A DNA stretch of 63,980 bases, filler included, from Octopus bimaculoides (taxonomy: Eukaryota), in assembly GCF_001194135.2 (NCBI RefSeq). It is 9 parts of 8 records of this genome, joined end to end, with 100 filler letters (N's around TTAATTAATTAA, not from the genome) between each part and the next. Parts side by side here need not be neighbours in the genome. Positions count along the whole stretch, not along the records: positions 41,662 to 54,242 come from NC_068996.1; positions 54,343 to 59,207 come from NC_068994.1; positions 59,308 to 62,743 come from NC_069008.1; positions 62,844 to 63,980 come from NC_068994.1; 5 more parts are not named here. The stretch is one strand, 5' to 3'. The position numbers were made by a program, and so were the translations under genes. Under the pieces are notes generated by a model. That model did not search any database and was not told where the DNA came from. It saw only the letters and a program-made list of their open reading frames with translations. Positions 50,915 to 63,077 of this stretch are shown in pieces (the stretch's first letter is position 1; the number at the start of each line of letters is the position of its first letter).

Positions 50915-51600
50915 AATATACAGTAGATTTCCTTGATGTGACCTTGAACTTGGTGTCCAGTAATATAGACACTTTAGGAAACCAAACGAGATGCTATCCT
51001 ATATTAACACTGGTTCCTGTCATTCAGCCAAGAACTGGTAAAGGACGTCAGCTGAAGAATCTCCAACCTATCTTTAAGCAAAATCCGTCCCATAAATAAT
51101 GAGGTTTTGGCTGCCAGCGATTTTAAGAAAAGGATTAGTTATACACCAGACCTTAACCCCTCCAAGAGAAAACGCCACCGGAAAATGTTGCAGTTAACAC
51201 CATCCTTCTCTTTAAATGTTAAAACCCGTGTAGGTAAGATTTTCCTTAGTCAGTACACAAACACTTCCCTCGTATAAGTAGATTCAGTAAAATATTTAAT
51301 AGGCGCACCCTGTGGGTTTCCTTTAGCTATGCACCCAGTGTAAAAAAAAAAGCATACTAGTATGTTGGCCCACACACTAAATCAGTCACTAACTTCATGA
51401 TTAGGGACCTCAAATACTTATCTTGTCTCCTTTACCAGTTCAAAGACCCAATTACTGTATATATATCTCACCTCACCCCACTCTAAATACGAACGCGTCA
51501 CAACAAATATGAAGTCTCGTCTTAATGCATGGTTTTTCCTGCTGAGTAAACATCTACATAACCAAGACCACATCACAAAAATTGGCCTATCCCTTTAGAA
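50915..51600 (+). mobile_element. Decayed Neptune-type PLE fragment
   Basis: VDFLDVTLNL, FRKPNE..SYIN.GSCH, KTRVGKIFL...HKHFPR...KIFNRRTL. Confidence 0.75.
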
Positions 51601-53249
51601 TCAGAAAATACTTCACATCCTCTAAAAACAACATGACCATCTACAAGGTGTAGTTAGGACCACAACAGGATACTGCTCACAAAACTGGAACAAAGCTGCT
51701 AGTGTATATTTCTTATCCACACCCAATGAGAGTGCATCGGACTTATTGGAATAAAGTCATTCATCAACATTCTAACCATTATCTCACAGGTTTGCTGTCT
51801 CTTCTCTCTGACTTTTCTACTGCTACAGTAGTGGTTGCTGACCCTGGAAGCTAGTTACTGTCCTACATCACTCAAGCACTCCTAACTTAGCGGTTTCCTT
51901 TTATCACAACTTTTGTATCATTGATTATTATGCTACCAAAACGAGTTCCATTTGTGCATATGTTTTTACGGCTGCAATCAATTTGCAATTATTTTGATCA
52001 GCTCAAATATGTTTGGCTCATATTTGACCTATAAAAAGCCCGTTTTCACCCGGTTTGTGTTAGAGGAAGGTTCTCTCTTTAGGCATTACTCATTGGGGAC
52101 TAACATATACATTTCAAGCTACTTCTCTCATCAGTATCAAATGACTTTTATGTTTTTACACCATTTTCTAAAGCGAGAATATTTCTCTGTGGCAAATCCC
52201 AGTGAAAATTATCTATGCCAACAGTGTATAAACTTAGACTGTCTTGAATTGCTAACATGTTTATGCAGTCGAATGCATTAGAAACAGTGCCGTCTTAAAG
52301 CATGAGCACACTGAGCAGTTGCCCGGATGCCTTACGAGTCTAGGGATCCAATTCTGATCTAGGAATGTTAAAGCTAGTAGTCAATGAATAAATATGGGGC
52401 TACTTTGGTGTGTGATCTACAAGGGAGATTACTTTAGGTTACTTTAGGTTACTTTTTAGTTTACTTTTCAATTTCTATAATGTGATCAGTGTCACAATGT
52501 GATCAGTGTCACAATTTTTATAATGTGATCAGTGTCGAGGCGAAGGTAGTTGCATTTTTACAAGAAACCAGCACTAAATTCACATCATTTCTTAAAAAAC
52601 CCAGGAAGGTGCCACTTTGGCATGTGATCTACAATTTAGAGGGAGATTACTTTAGCTTACATTTTAGTTTACTTTGTATTAGTGCTACTTTCCGTGTGAT
52701 CTGCGTGAGCAAATTTACTGTAAAAGAAAATTTTTGGTATAAGGTTGTCTTCCAATAGAACAGCAACGTCCTATCCAACAGAACTGATCTATGATGGAAA
52801 GGGCTTCAAACCTTTCAATGTTGCCTTACTTTTGTACATTTGTGTTAAGTACTCTGTCTTTCCTCAAGATGCTACAAATTTTGAAATTTCTTAGGTAAAG
52901 CTGGTCTAGTTCTCATCACATTGTTGGTTCCATGTTCATGTCTAACAACCAATTAAAGCAAAGGCAGAATCCCATGATCTGAGATGCATTCTGAGACCAG
53001 AATCTGAGAGGCATTTTTCCAAAAGTAACCTTTGCTTCTTCCATCCATGCGCTTATCTTCTTGCTTCAGCGGGTATTCTGTGAGCAGAAGACCTCACTGG
53101 TTAACAAAATACCGTACACGACATGTTAAGTGATTAAAATTTTAGAGATGCGAACAAATCATTATCGAAATTAAGTGACAATCCCGAAGAAAGAAAACAC
53201 TCAATTTCAAAGTTTGTCACTCGCACAGCAATGCACAACCGTTTCGTTC

Positions 53250-53250
<1 letters not shown>

Positions 53251-53280
<30 letters not shown>

Positions 53281-53803
53281 CTTCTTCTTCTTCTTCTTCT
53301 TCTTCTTCTTCTTCTTGATTCCTTGGGGAACATAGGGCCGCAATATTCTTCCAGCGGACGCGGTTCTGGAGAGATCCTCTTCAGCTCCGCCCATGTCATT
53401 CCGGCTGCCCTCACCTCTGCGTCGACACTGCTGCGCCAAGACTGTTTTGGTCGGTTCACTTATCGCTTTCCCTGTGGGTTCCGAGCCAGCTTGGTGGCAT
53501 TTGGTGCGGGCTTTCGTAGTGTGTGGCATATCCATCCCCATTTTCGTTTCTTGGTATCTGTCTCGATTGGGGCTGTCTTGTCCTGTCCCACATTTGTTCA
53601 TCTGAGACGTCCTCTGGTCACCTGATGTTAAGGATGTTTCTGGGACATATGCTAGTGAATGTCTGGAGAAGATCCGGATCTTCAACACAAATGTTAAGTA
53701 AGTTCTACTTTATGGCTCAGAAACATAGCGAGTGACCAAGACTAACACCCACAAACTCCAGACATTCACTAACAGGTGTCTTGTGAACATCATTAACATC
53801 AGG
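53251..53803 (-). mobile_element. RTE-clade LINE 3' end with (GAA)n tail and inverted 5' segment
   Basis: Minus 53251-53668: RPKQSWRSSVDAEVRAAGMTWAELKRI. Plus 53669-53803: KIRIFNTNVK*VLLYGSET*RVTKTNTHKLQTFTNRCL. Confidence 0.88.
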
Positions 53804-53825
53804 TTCTCATCACTAAGAACGTAAT

Positions 53826-54237
53826 TGTAGTAACGCCGTGTGCATGCGTAGTCTCACGCATGCGTGGAATTAAACAACCAAGCGTTCCCGCTTCTATTCT
53901 ATCTCTTTCTCGGTCGGCCGGCCATGAGCATGGACGTGTCAAGCAGTGTCTCCAACATTCCAACCTGGAGACAGTCTCTTTACGTGTTTAGCTGTCTCTC
54001 TTCATCTTTCGAACTTACGCTCGACAGCTCGCTTACACCTACATACCAAACGTCCCAACAACTATGCTCACACACACAGAAGCTGTAACAACAAGCAAGA
54101 GCTAAAGATGTATATATTTACCACCTGAATAAATGTTGTTTAAGTTGATAGTCTGGAGTTCAGCGTTCCGTTTAATTTCTAATATTATATAGGAAAGTCA
54201 GGTATACATCTAATGATGTATAACCAACTTTCCTATA
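53826..54237 (+). mobile_element. Solo LTR (412 bp) with perfect TAAT TSD
   Basis: taat|TGTAGTAACGCC...AACTTTCCTATA|taat; same family as 48674-49110. Confidence 0.88.
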
Positions 54238-54342
54238 TAATANNNNNNNNNNNNNNNNNNNNNNNNNNNNNNNNNNNNNNNNNNNNTTAATTAATTAANN
54301 NNNNNNNNNNNNNNNNNNNNNNNNNNNNNNNNNNNNNNNNNN

Positions 54343-54535
54343 TTATTTGGCATTGCTGTGTGACTACTATCTAGATTTTCCTGATGTATTTTTCCTTTCA
54401 ATTGTTCTATTTCTATTTCTGATATTTGTTTTGCTTTTAGAATATATTTTCTTATGTTAGCTAGTTTGTTAGGGTTCATTGTTTTATCGAGGTCTATATT
54501 TACATTATTTTTCTTCCATATTTTATATGTATGTG
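54343..54535 (-). mobile_element. R4/Dong N-terminal fragment
   Basis: YKIWKKNN...MNPNKLANIRKYILKAKQISEIEIEQLK. Confidence 0.6.
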
Positions 54536-54652
54536 TTGTTGCGTTTTCGTTTTTTGGGTAGAGCACTGCTGTGAAATAGGCGTATTGTATCGTATTCAGG
54601 TCACTGCCTGGAATCGAACTCGGAATCTTGGGGTTAGGAATGAGAACCCCAA

Positions 54653-54698
54653 GACACCTGATGAAGGCTGGAGGGTATATCAGTCGAAACGTTGTGTT
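54653..54698 (+). ncRNA. Minimal type I hammerhead ribozyme, core intact
   Basis: gacac-CTGATGA-aggctgg(agggtata)tcagtc-GAAAC-GTT-gtgtt: 5-bp stem I, 6-bp stem II, palindromic ACGT stem III. Confidence 0.7.
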
Positions 54699-55429
54699 AA
54701 CAACAAACAAGATGAGGACAAATATCCGTCAAATGTAATTAAAGTAAATAATGTAAATAATATAGAGATGTTAATAGTAAATATATTTAATAGGGTAACT
54801 GAGTTACTATCACGGATGGAGAAGTTAATTCCTAAGGCGGAAATAAACCCTTTCAGTTTAATCAGTTAACACTGGACACTGAAAACGAGGAAACGATCTT
54901 AAGTTAAAGTCTGTAATCAAAATGAAGTAATGTATAAGAAGTTAGTCTTGGGCATAATTTCCTTAAAATAGCACTGATCCATTTGTGGCAGGGTAGATTA
55001 AATTATCTTTCCAATAAGAATTATTTCATTCTGACACCGTTTCAATTTTTCAGAATGCAAATTGGAAAATGTTTAAAGAGGACAGCGATAACTGCCACAA
55101 ACTGAATGTAAAGCAGAAAACTATGACAAAATTGTGAATAATTTGCTAAATAAAGAAAATAAACACAAAATACATTCGACCACTCACAAAAGAAAACTCC
55201 GTATTATATAAAGAATGGAAACAAAAAGTTTGAAATTGATTTAGTTTCCGAGTTTATGAATTCATAAATATGAATAAAAATAGCACGGAAAGGGAGTATT
55301 ACAATATCACAGCGAGCCAAATGCCTAAAAACAATAAAGGAACAAATAGCCACACAAAATATCAATCAGAAAGAAAATCATCCAAACCACAATTGAAACT
55401 GCGTATTTACAAGAAGTTTTACATACAGC

Positions 55430-56350
55430 AACAAAAATGGAAAAAGAAGAGATCTTGACAAAGAGATCTTTTTGGGTCTGACGCTCAAATATAGCAGTAT
55501 CTCTTTACACCACCCCATGTATGGAAGAAAACCATGGTAAGCGTTCTTCTGAAGCTAGGGAAAGATTCTTCTCACAGACAGAAAACTTCCCATCGATTAA
55601 GAAATCCTTACAAGATCTTTGAGTAACAAGTGATATTCCAATCAGATTATCACTTGTTATTGAACAAAACCTTATTTTTTAAAAAAGTTGGATTCTGCTC
55701 TGGAAGGTCAACTATGAACTAAATTACTTGCTCTCACTCTATATATAGGATAACTTTGAACAAAGGAAACTTATAGGAATAGTTTTTCTTGAACTAATTG
55801 CAGCGTACGATACAGTTAACCGCTTACTGTCCAAAAAATATTTACACAGTTTAACAAATTATATGAATTTCACATAGCACATCGATGTTATGATAGGACA
55901 TAGACGCTGATGATGATTAGTAAGAAGAACCGTACATTAAAATTACGAAACTCCATTGTTCAATACGTTAAGCCGAAATATTATAGTATACCAAATGTTT
56001 TGTCTATGCCAATGATTTATATATAGCATGACAAAGAGGAAATTCCAGCAATATCGAATCGACCCTGAGTGCCAAAAACAATAATTTAATCTTGTGAAAG
56101 CAAGTTTCTGTATTCCAAAGAAGCAGAAAAATTCTGGAGCAACTGTGGCATGCTGCCAAAATCTCAAGCACATTAGTATATTACTTGATTGATGTCTAAT
56201 ATTCATGAAACAAATAAGGGCCGAAATAGCTCGTGGAATAATATTTTATGAAAACTAACATCTTCCTAGTGGGTTGCAATTCCTGCAACACCCAGAATAA
56301 AAATATTAGTACTAAGATACTCAGGTGAAGAATAAGTGTATGTAGTGACA
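55430..56350 (+). mobile_element. Highly decayed Ingi/I-group LINE RT region
   Basis: Remnants WKKTMVSVLLKLGKD, IVFLELIAAYDTVN, FVYANDL; many stops. Confidence 0.55.
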
Positions 56351-57637
56351 TTGCATGGATGTAAAAATAAATATATCGTTCAATCTAGTACGAAGAATAT
56401 GTTCAATAGTTTTGAATTTTGAAACGCGAAATAAATCTCCAAAAATTAGAACAAATATTACTTGAAAGATAGTACCAGACGAAATTTATTGATAACAAAA
56501 TTTGATATTCAAATTAATAGATATTCAAGAATTACGAAGGACAAAAAAATAATTCAAATACACTTAATAATCTAAGTTAAATCACAACTGATAACCCAAA
56601 AGTATAGAAACATTCAACATTATCGATTAAAATGTTCTATTATGAAAGGAAGACCCCAAAATGAAAGCAATCTCTCGAAATGCATAAAATAATCAAAAGC
56701 AAAAGACAATCAAAATCTCAAATAATAATAATAATAATAATAATAATAATTTCCAGCGCCATAACACCAATAGTAAAAAAAATGTGGTTGTCCTAATTGC
56801 AGAACTTGTAACAACCTAGTAAAGACACATCTTATAAATGGTTGTAAAATAAAATTACATCAACAGACGAAAATTATCCCGAGAAACTGAATTCATAGGC
56901 AACAAATTCATAGGCAACAAATTCATAGGCAACTAATAACAGAGATTCCACTAAGTAATAACAGACAGATTCCACTTGTGCACAACAAATCGCTAAAATT
57001 CTTAATCATCCCACTTTTTGACCATAGATCATATATGGACAAATAAAGAAAATATTTTTACCAAAACCTCAAACAACGATTAAATAAAGGACACTTCAAT
57101 ATTTTACTTTTCTTTTCCATTCCTTCCAATCGATCATGGGCTTTCTTTGTGCATTCCAATATTCTCATCTTAGTTCATGTCTCAATATGGTTAATACATT
57201 CTCTCTTTAGTCAACCTCTTTAATCTTTTATTTTCTGAGCATTATTATATTTGTGGCCCAGTCACTCTACAGATGTGACCGAACCACTGTTTTTTTCGTT
57301 ATCTTGTTGTTTCTATGAATCTGTCTTTCTTCCCAACCAACGAGTAGTACTTTCATGAGACACCAATTATTCTTATAATTATGATATTTATCAATAAAAC
57401 TTTGGTAAAAGACAAACGTTTTCTTTTGTAGGTCTATACGTCACATGTTGTGTCGTCTGTCCTTTACAGTAGCTACCTTATGATACTAATTTGCAGCTAA
57501 CTAGGCTACGTGTTCACAATTTGAGAAAGCTACGCAGAATAAAATTATTTATTACATTCTCCCATTCTGTTTTCTTTCTCATGTATTTCTTATTTCTTTC
57601 ATGTCTATAAAATTAAACTCTTTTTCCCTTCCCTATT

Positions 57638-57679
<42 letters not shown>

Positions 57680-58463
57680 TTCCTTCACCATTAATTCTTT
57701 CTTTTTTTCATTCTTATTTTTTAGTCTATTCCCTTCATAATTTCATTTTTTTCTCTCTTCCCTACCACACCTTTTTACACCTCTTTCGGGCATGTTTCTG
57801 CTTGTCTGTCTGCCTGTGCGTTTGCTTACCTGAGTGACTGCATTTATCTTTAGGTGTGTGTGATTACGCGCGCGTGCTCGTGTGTGTGCATGTGTGTGAG
57901 TAACTGTGTGTATAGTGCGTGAATGTGTGTGTGAGTGTGTGAATGTATGTGTGAGTGCGTAAACGAAGAATGAATAATCACCAGTTGGTGCTAAGGTCTG
58001 GTGATTAACCAGGTCAAGGATGAGGAGTGAGGGGGTATTCAATATAACAGGTTAGCTGTGTGTATGTATATGAGAATGTATGAGTTAGCATGTGTGAGAA
58101 TATATTTTTAGAATATGTGCATGTATGTGGGCGGCTGAGCCTGATTGTGTGTGCCTGTATGAATGTATTCCCACATACTCATATAAGTTAATCTATATTC
58201 ATATTCTTGCATTTATGTATGTATTTATACATGCATGTATGTATGTATGTATGTATGTATGTATGTATACATATGAATGTATGAATGTGTGTATAACTAG
58301 TTAAAAAATAGGCTTAGTAACAACGTGCGTTTGGTTTCAATACCCTATCTACAAGTTTCTTCTTGAGCAAGTTTCTTCTACTGTGACCTCGAATTGACCA
58401 ACGCTTTTTGAGCAAATTTGTTTAATAGACGAAAACTGTGTGATAGTCCGTTATACACATACA

Positions 58464-58497
<34 letters not shown>

Positions 58498-58504
58498 CGC
58501 ACGT

Positions 58505-58665
58505 ACGTACGAGGGGATGCTAAAAAATTCCTGGCTTTAAGGTTATCGCGAAAAGCTTGTTTGAAGTCTAACCTTTCCAGTTCTTTTACAGGGTTAAAAA
58601 AAAAACTGAAAGACCGCTGCAATAAGTCAGTGAATCTGAGACGGGGATATATTGAATAAAATCAT
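58505..58665 (+). mobile_element. mariner-derived MITE fragment
   Basis: TA-CGAGGGGATGCTAAAAAATTCCTGGC TIR-like start joined to the transposase 3' end LKDRCNKSVNLRRGYIE*. Confidence 0.6.
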
Positions 58666-58754
58666 AATTATCAAAATATGCAATTGGTTTCAATCACTTT
58701 ATAAAGAAGATTTAATCATGCAGAAATATAAGAAAAAATTCGGTTGAAATAAAT

Positions 58755-58930
58755 TAAATTTAATTAATATTTTATATTAATATTATATTAATTTTAATAT
58801 TAAGTTATATAATATTAATATTATATAATATTATATAATATTAATATTAAGTTATATTAATTTTATATTAATATTATATTAATATTAATATATTAATATT
58901 AATATTTTATATTAATATTAATATTAATGT
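58755..58930. repeat. Almost pure A/T low-complexity tract (taatat units)
   Basis: Read directly. Confidence 0.9.
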
Positions 58931-59153
58931 TCTGAAAGTTCACATGTTTTTCTTAGAAAAATTATATGTTCCTAGTGCTTCGATTTCTTCCGATTATTGT
59001 TGTGTGGCAGCAGCAGTAGTAAGATTTGTCTTTCCGACGATAATTTGGAGTAGCTAACTTTTGGTTTTCCTTACTCTTGGATAACGTTAAATCTTTGAAT
59101 TCCCTCGGGTATGTCGTTTTTGTACCTTTGATTACATATGTTTGTGTGTGTGT

Positions 59154-59207
<54 letters not shown>

Positions 59208-59899
59208 NNNNNNNNNNNNNNNNNNNNNNNNNNNNNNNNNNNNNNNNNNNNTTAATTAATTAANNNNNNNNNNNNNNNNNNNNNNNNNNNNNNNNNNNNN
59301 NNNNNNNATGAAAGCTTCAATAAAAAATGGGTAAATGTGGCAAAATTGGTGAGTATGAAAGACGACACCATTTTAAGCATTAATTTGTAACAAAAAGAGA
59401 AAACGAGAGAAAAGGTACTTACTTTTATGTACATTTTGAACTGCCTGAGGTGACCTTGGTGCTTTTTTGTAGGTTTTTCACTCCAAGGATACACCTAAAC
59501 TGTAAACAATATTTATTCCCGTTTTTGGGAAGATTTATAATTTTTGTACACCACACACCCCAACGATTACAATCCCTATTGATTTGACTTTTCTTTGTGT
59601 GTCCCACCCAGCCCACCTCGAAAATGAAAAACTCTACGCTTGTATTTCGTCCAATTTCTGTGTTCAGCCCTGTGTGGCTATAATAAAAACATATCTATCT
59701 GCCTTACTTTATTCCAATGCATGTGTGCATTTATTGGATATGTGTATTTGAATGTATGTGTAAGTCTGTGAAAATTTGTGGGTTTGCGTGTGCGTATATG
59801 CGTATGTGTGTATGTGCGTATGTGTGTGTGTGTGTGCGTGCGTGCATATTGGTGTGTGTGTGTGTGTGTGTTCGTAGAGGAGGAAGACTCAGTTATTCG

Positions 59900-60190
59900 T
59901 TCGACTGAATTACCTGCTCATGAATTGACGTGTAAATGACTGAGCATTCCACTGACATGTGTATTCTTAGCGTAATTCTCAGACAGACTCAACGTGACAC
60001 GGTCTGTCATAAGGTTGTAACTTTTGAATTACAGGTACAATCCACCCGACCACCTATACAGTTTCACTTTACCAAATTTCACTTACAGAACATAAGTCAG
60101 GCCGTGGCATTAGAAAACGATATTTCTCGAAGATGCAACACAGTGACATCGAACCTGGAATCTCGTGGTTACAGAGCAATCTTCTAAACC
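59900..60190 (-). mobile_element. SINE related to family C (shared 3' domain)
   Basis: cctgctcatgaattgacgtg...tttgaattacaggtaca matches 4965-5080; tRNA-like remnant catcgaacctggaatc. Confidence 0.6.
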
Positions 60191-60217
60191 GCTCGGATAT
60201 ATATACATTCCCGCGTG

Positions 60218-60255
<38 letters not shown>

Positions 60256-60454
60256 TACAAACATGCACATAGATATATGTTATAGTCAGCAACGTCTTGA
60301 CAAATTCACTTGAACCTAGCACGTCGCTGAGGGATTGGCCGAAGGGGAAGGTATCTGTTCTCAATCTTTTTAGCCTCATCTACCACACAACCTCTTTCGC
60401 TATAATCACAAAACAAAGGAAAACTATCTGCCTAGACCTATTAAAAAAAAAAAA

Positions 60455-61310
60455 GAGAACAGATGGACTCAGCTGATAGCCTTAGCCAGATCCGGCCCAC
60501 ACGCGACAACAGCTGCTGACATAACTCCACAAGTCGAGTATTTCCGGACACTGCACAAGTGCAAGCAACATGCTTTCGTCGCTCTGTGCGCTGCTTAGAT
60601 TGTCCCAGCTGCCGTTACTGCCGTACCTGCAGAGTTTTTCTTCCAGCCAGTTTTCTTGACTGTACTGCCAAGTTTGGAATTTCCGGAACTTATATCAATA
60701 GTAGCCTTTAATTTGAAAGTCATTCCGAAGATATCAGCCAGTGACCTCGTCATCGATTAGAATTTCTTCAATAACGTCTTCATTCTATGCCTGTTAGTCC
60801 GACTGGTAGTGGGCAGTGACCGCTCAAGCTATTCTTGACCAGGGCTGCAGTTCCGTCAACGAGGCAGGTGTGGAAACACATCCATTTCCTGTCCAGCCTT
60901 AATGATGTATGTTTGTCTTTCGATAGCCATGATGCGCAGGGCCTGCCTTCCAGAGGGCGCTGGCAGCAGGAAGTAGATGAAGAGACGCTGTACTGTGTTC
61001 AGACAGAAACTGGTGCAAGGTACATTGGCCAGACGGTAAATCATGACGGACGTGATGTAGACATTCGCTACCTCTGCTTGACCTTTCAGGGATAGATTCC
61101 TTTCAGTACATTTTTCGCTGAATTTGGTCAGCCTAATCGTAACACGTTGCAATTTCTATCCGCTGAGGCCCCAGACTGAACCAGATGTCGAGCAGTTCAG
61201 TAGTTTTGTCTGCATAACGCCCCTCGACGTTATCTGACGACTCAGAGTTTCCTTTCTTGGGGTCGAGCTGCAAATCCATTGAATTGAGATGCATTTTGGT
61301 TGTTTTGTTA
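60455..61310 (-). mobile_element. L1/Tx1-clade LINE ORF2 C-terminal fragment
   Basis: ERNLSLKGQAEVANVYITSVMIYRL; C-terminal HALVQCPEILDLWSYV. Confidence 0.75.
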
Positions 61311-61329
61311 GGTGCGTCGTGGTGGGCTG

Positions 61330-62000
61330 AATATTTACTTTTAGATAGGAACATGTTGTTGCCAGTTGAAAGTTGGACTGCAGAATTTCCATACTGAACT
61401 GCATTTTTTTCGTTTCCTTACTGATTCCTTGATTGTAGCTTGGTAGAGACTGTATAGCAATTTGAAAAAAAAGATGCATATAGGTTTCCTCTCGGCAGAA
61501 TTTAACACTTTCAAGTCTTTGAAGTCACTGTAAATGTTATTGAGATTTTTGTTGATACGCAGTTCAAGCACTGGCTTCGCGTAGTTCGATCCTCGTCTCT
61601 AATCGCAGGTAACTGCTTTCATCTCTTCATGGAAATGCAACAGCTGGTATGTTAAGAAGGTGGTAATTCTTAAGTTGGGAGTCACCAACTGTGACGATTA
61701 TATATAGCAAGTAAATGGAGATGAAGAAAAATATTAGTTGATATGACCTTTATTGAATCGTTACAGTGTAAGATAACAAGTTGCTTTTGTACAAAGATTA
61801 CTTGTAGTTCTGTTATCCATTTTATAGGTTGAAATTCCGTTGTTCATTTTGTAGGTAGTTAAGTTGGCTCTCATGAATTTCTTAGCGCTAATGCCGAGAG
61901 CAATAGGAAGGAACTTATAGAAGAGTCTAGGTTTAGGTTTCGTATCTTGGCTAAGAATCCAGGAAGCAATTCGCTAATGTGATTCTGTTGTCTGCTAGAG
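61330..62000 (-). mobile_element. Probable decayed R4/Dong N-terminal region
   Basis: KPVLELRINKNLNNIYSDFKDL resembles the PxWxxRIxxKIxxLRxDI motif; weak. Confidence 0.3.
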
Positions 62001-62145
62001 GATAGTAGGGGTTCGCTCTCCCTGCTAGCAATATATATGTATATATAAGGTGTAGCGACGCACCGATAACCAGCTGGCCGAAGATCTGCGTGGGGTTAAA
62101 CTTGTAGTAACGTGGAACAGCCATTTGATGTGGCGATTTACTTTA

Positions 62146-62226
<81 letters not shown>

Positions 62227-62310
62227 GAATTTTACAGAAAAGCAAAAGACGAAGACAGGTGTATGAGCAAGAAGTAGGTGTATTAGTTTGACACTCGGGA
62301 GTGTAAGAAA

Positions 62311-62350
62311 GTCTTTTTACGTTTCGCGCCTACGCTCTTCAATAGAAAGG
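62311..62350 (-). ncRNA. Degenerate minimal hammerhead-like motif
   Basis: TTGAAGA-gcg(tagg)cgc-GAAAC-GTA; C3 changed to U and poor stem I. Confidence 0.3.
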
Positions 62351-62844
62351 AATATGAGGAAATATGCAGAGAGAGAAAAGAAATTGTGGATTTAGCGATC
62401 AATCATGGCCACTGGTTGGGAAAAAATAGACAGGAGAGTTAAGAAGAAGGGGAGATAATAAAGTATTGGTGATCCCAAAGCGAAGGTGCATGTGCGTGTG
62501 TGTAAGTAAGAGTGTGTAAGTGTGTGTGGATAGGGGCTAGTAACTGACGTTTGGATGCGTGCCTGTGTGTCAGAGTCTGCAATGTGTGTGTGTGTGGACG
62601 ATGGTGTGTGGGTGTGCGGATGATGGTGTGGGGGTGTGCTTATAACGGTGTGTGTAGTTGGAATTGGTCAATGCTAGTGTGTGTGAAGTGGTGTGGTGTG
62701 ATGTGGTGTGGTGGTGTGATGGTGTGTGGTGTGGCGGTGTGGGNNNNNNNNNNNNNNNNNNNNNNNNNNNNNNNNNNNNNNNNNNNNTTAATTAATTAAN
62801 NNNNNNNNNNNNNNNNNNNNNNNNNNNNNNNNNNNNNNNNNNNT

Positions 62845-62995
62845 CACGTTGCTCTTTGATCACTTCGACACATGACGAGTGGCACGCTGTACACCTGTTC
62901 AGACAACGTCGATTTGAAGGAGGGAGTGAAGAAATGTACAGCACATTCATTTGATCGCTACAAACAAATCATTTCTTCAGGCTAGAAATTATAGA
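62845..62995 (-). mobile_element. Possible mariner 5' UTR / start fragment
   Basis: Minus strand ...atgtgtcgaagtgatcaaagagcaacgtg resembles a mariner N-terminus (M...DQR); runs into a scaffold join. Confidence 0.35.
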
Positions 62996-63077
62996 ACTGT
63001 GTTTCTTGGAGTACGAAAGTATGTATGTATCCCTCTCTCTATCTCTCGATGTATATATATATATATATATATACACA

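Noticed and set aside
48674-54237. One large TIR transposon bounded by the ~420-bp inverted repeats
   Set aside because: Each repeat has TG-start LTR-like ends and its own 4-bp TSD, and the interior is a mix of unrelated LINE and PLE fragments.
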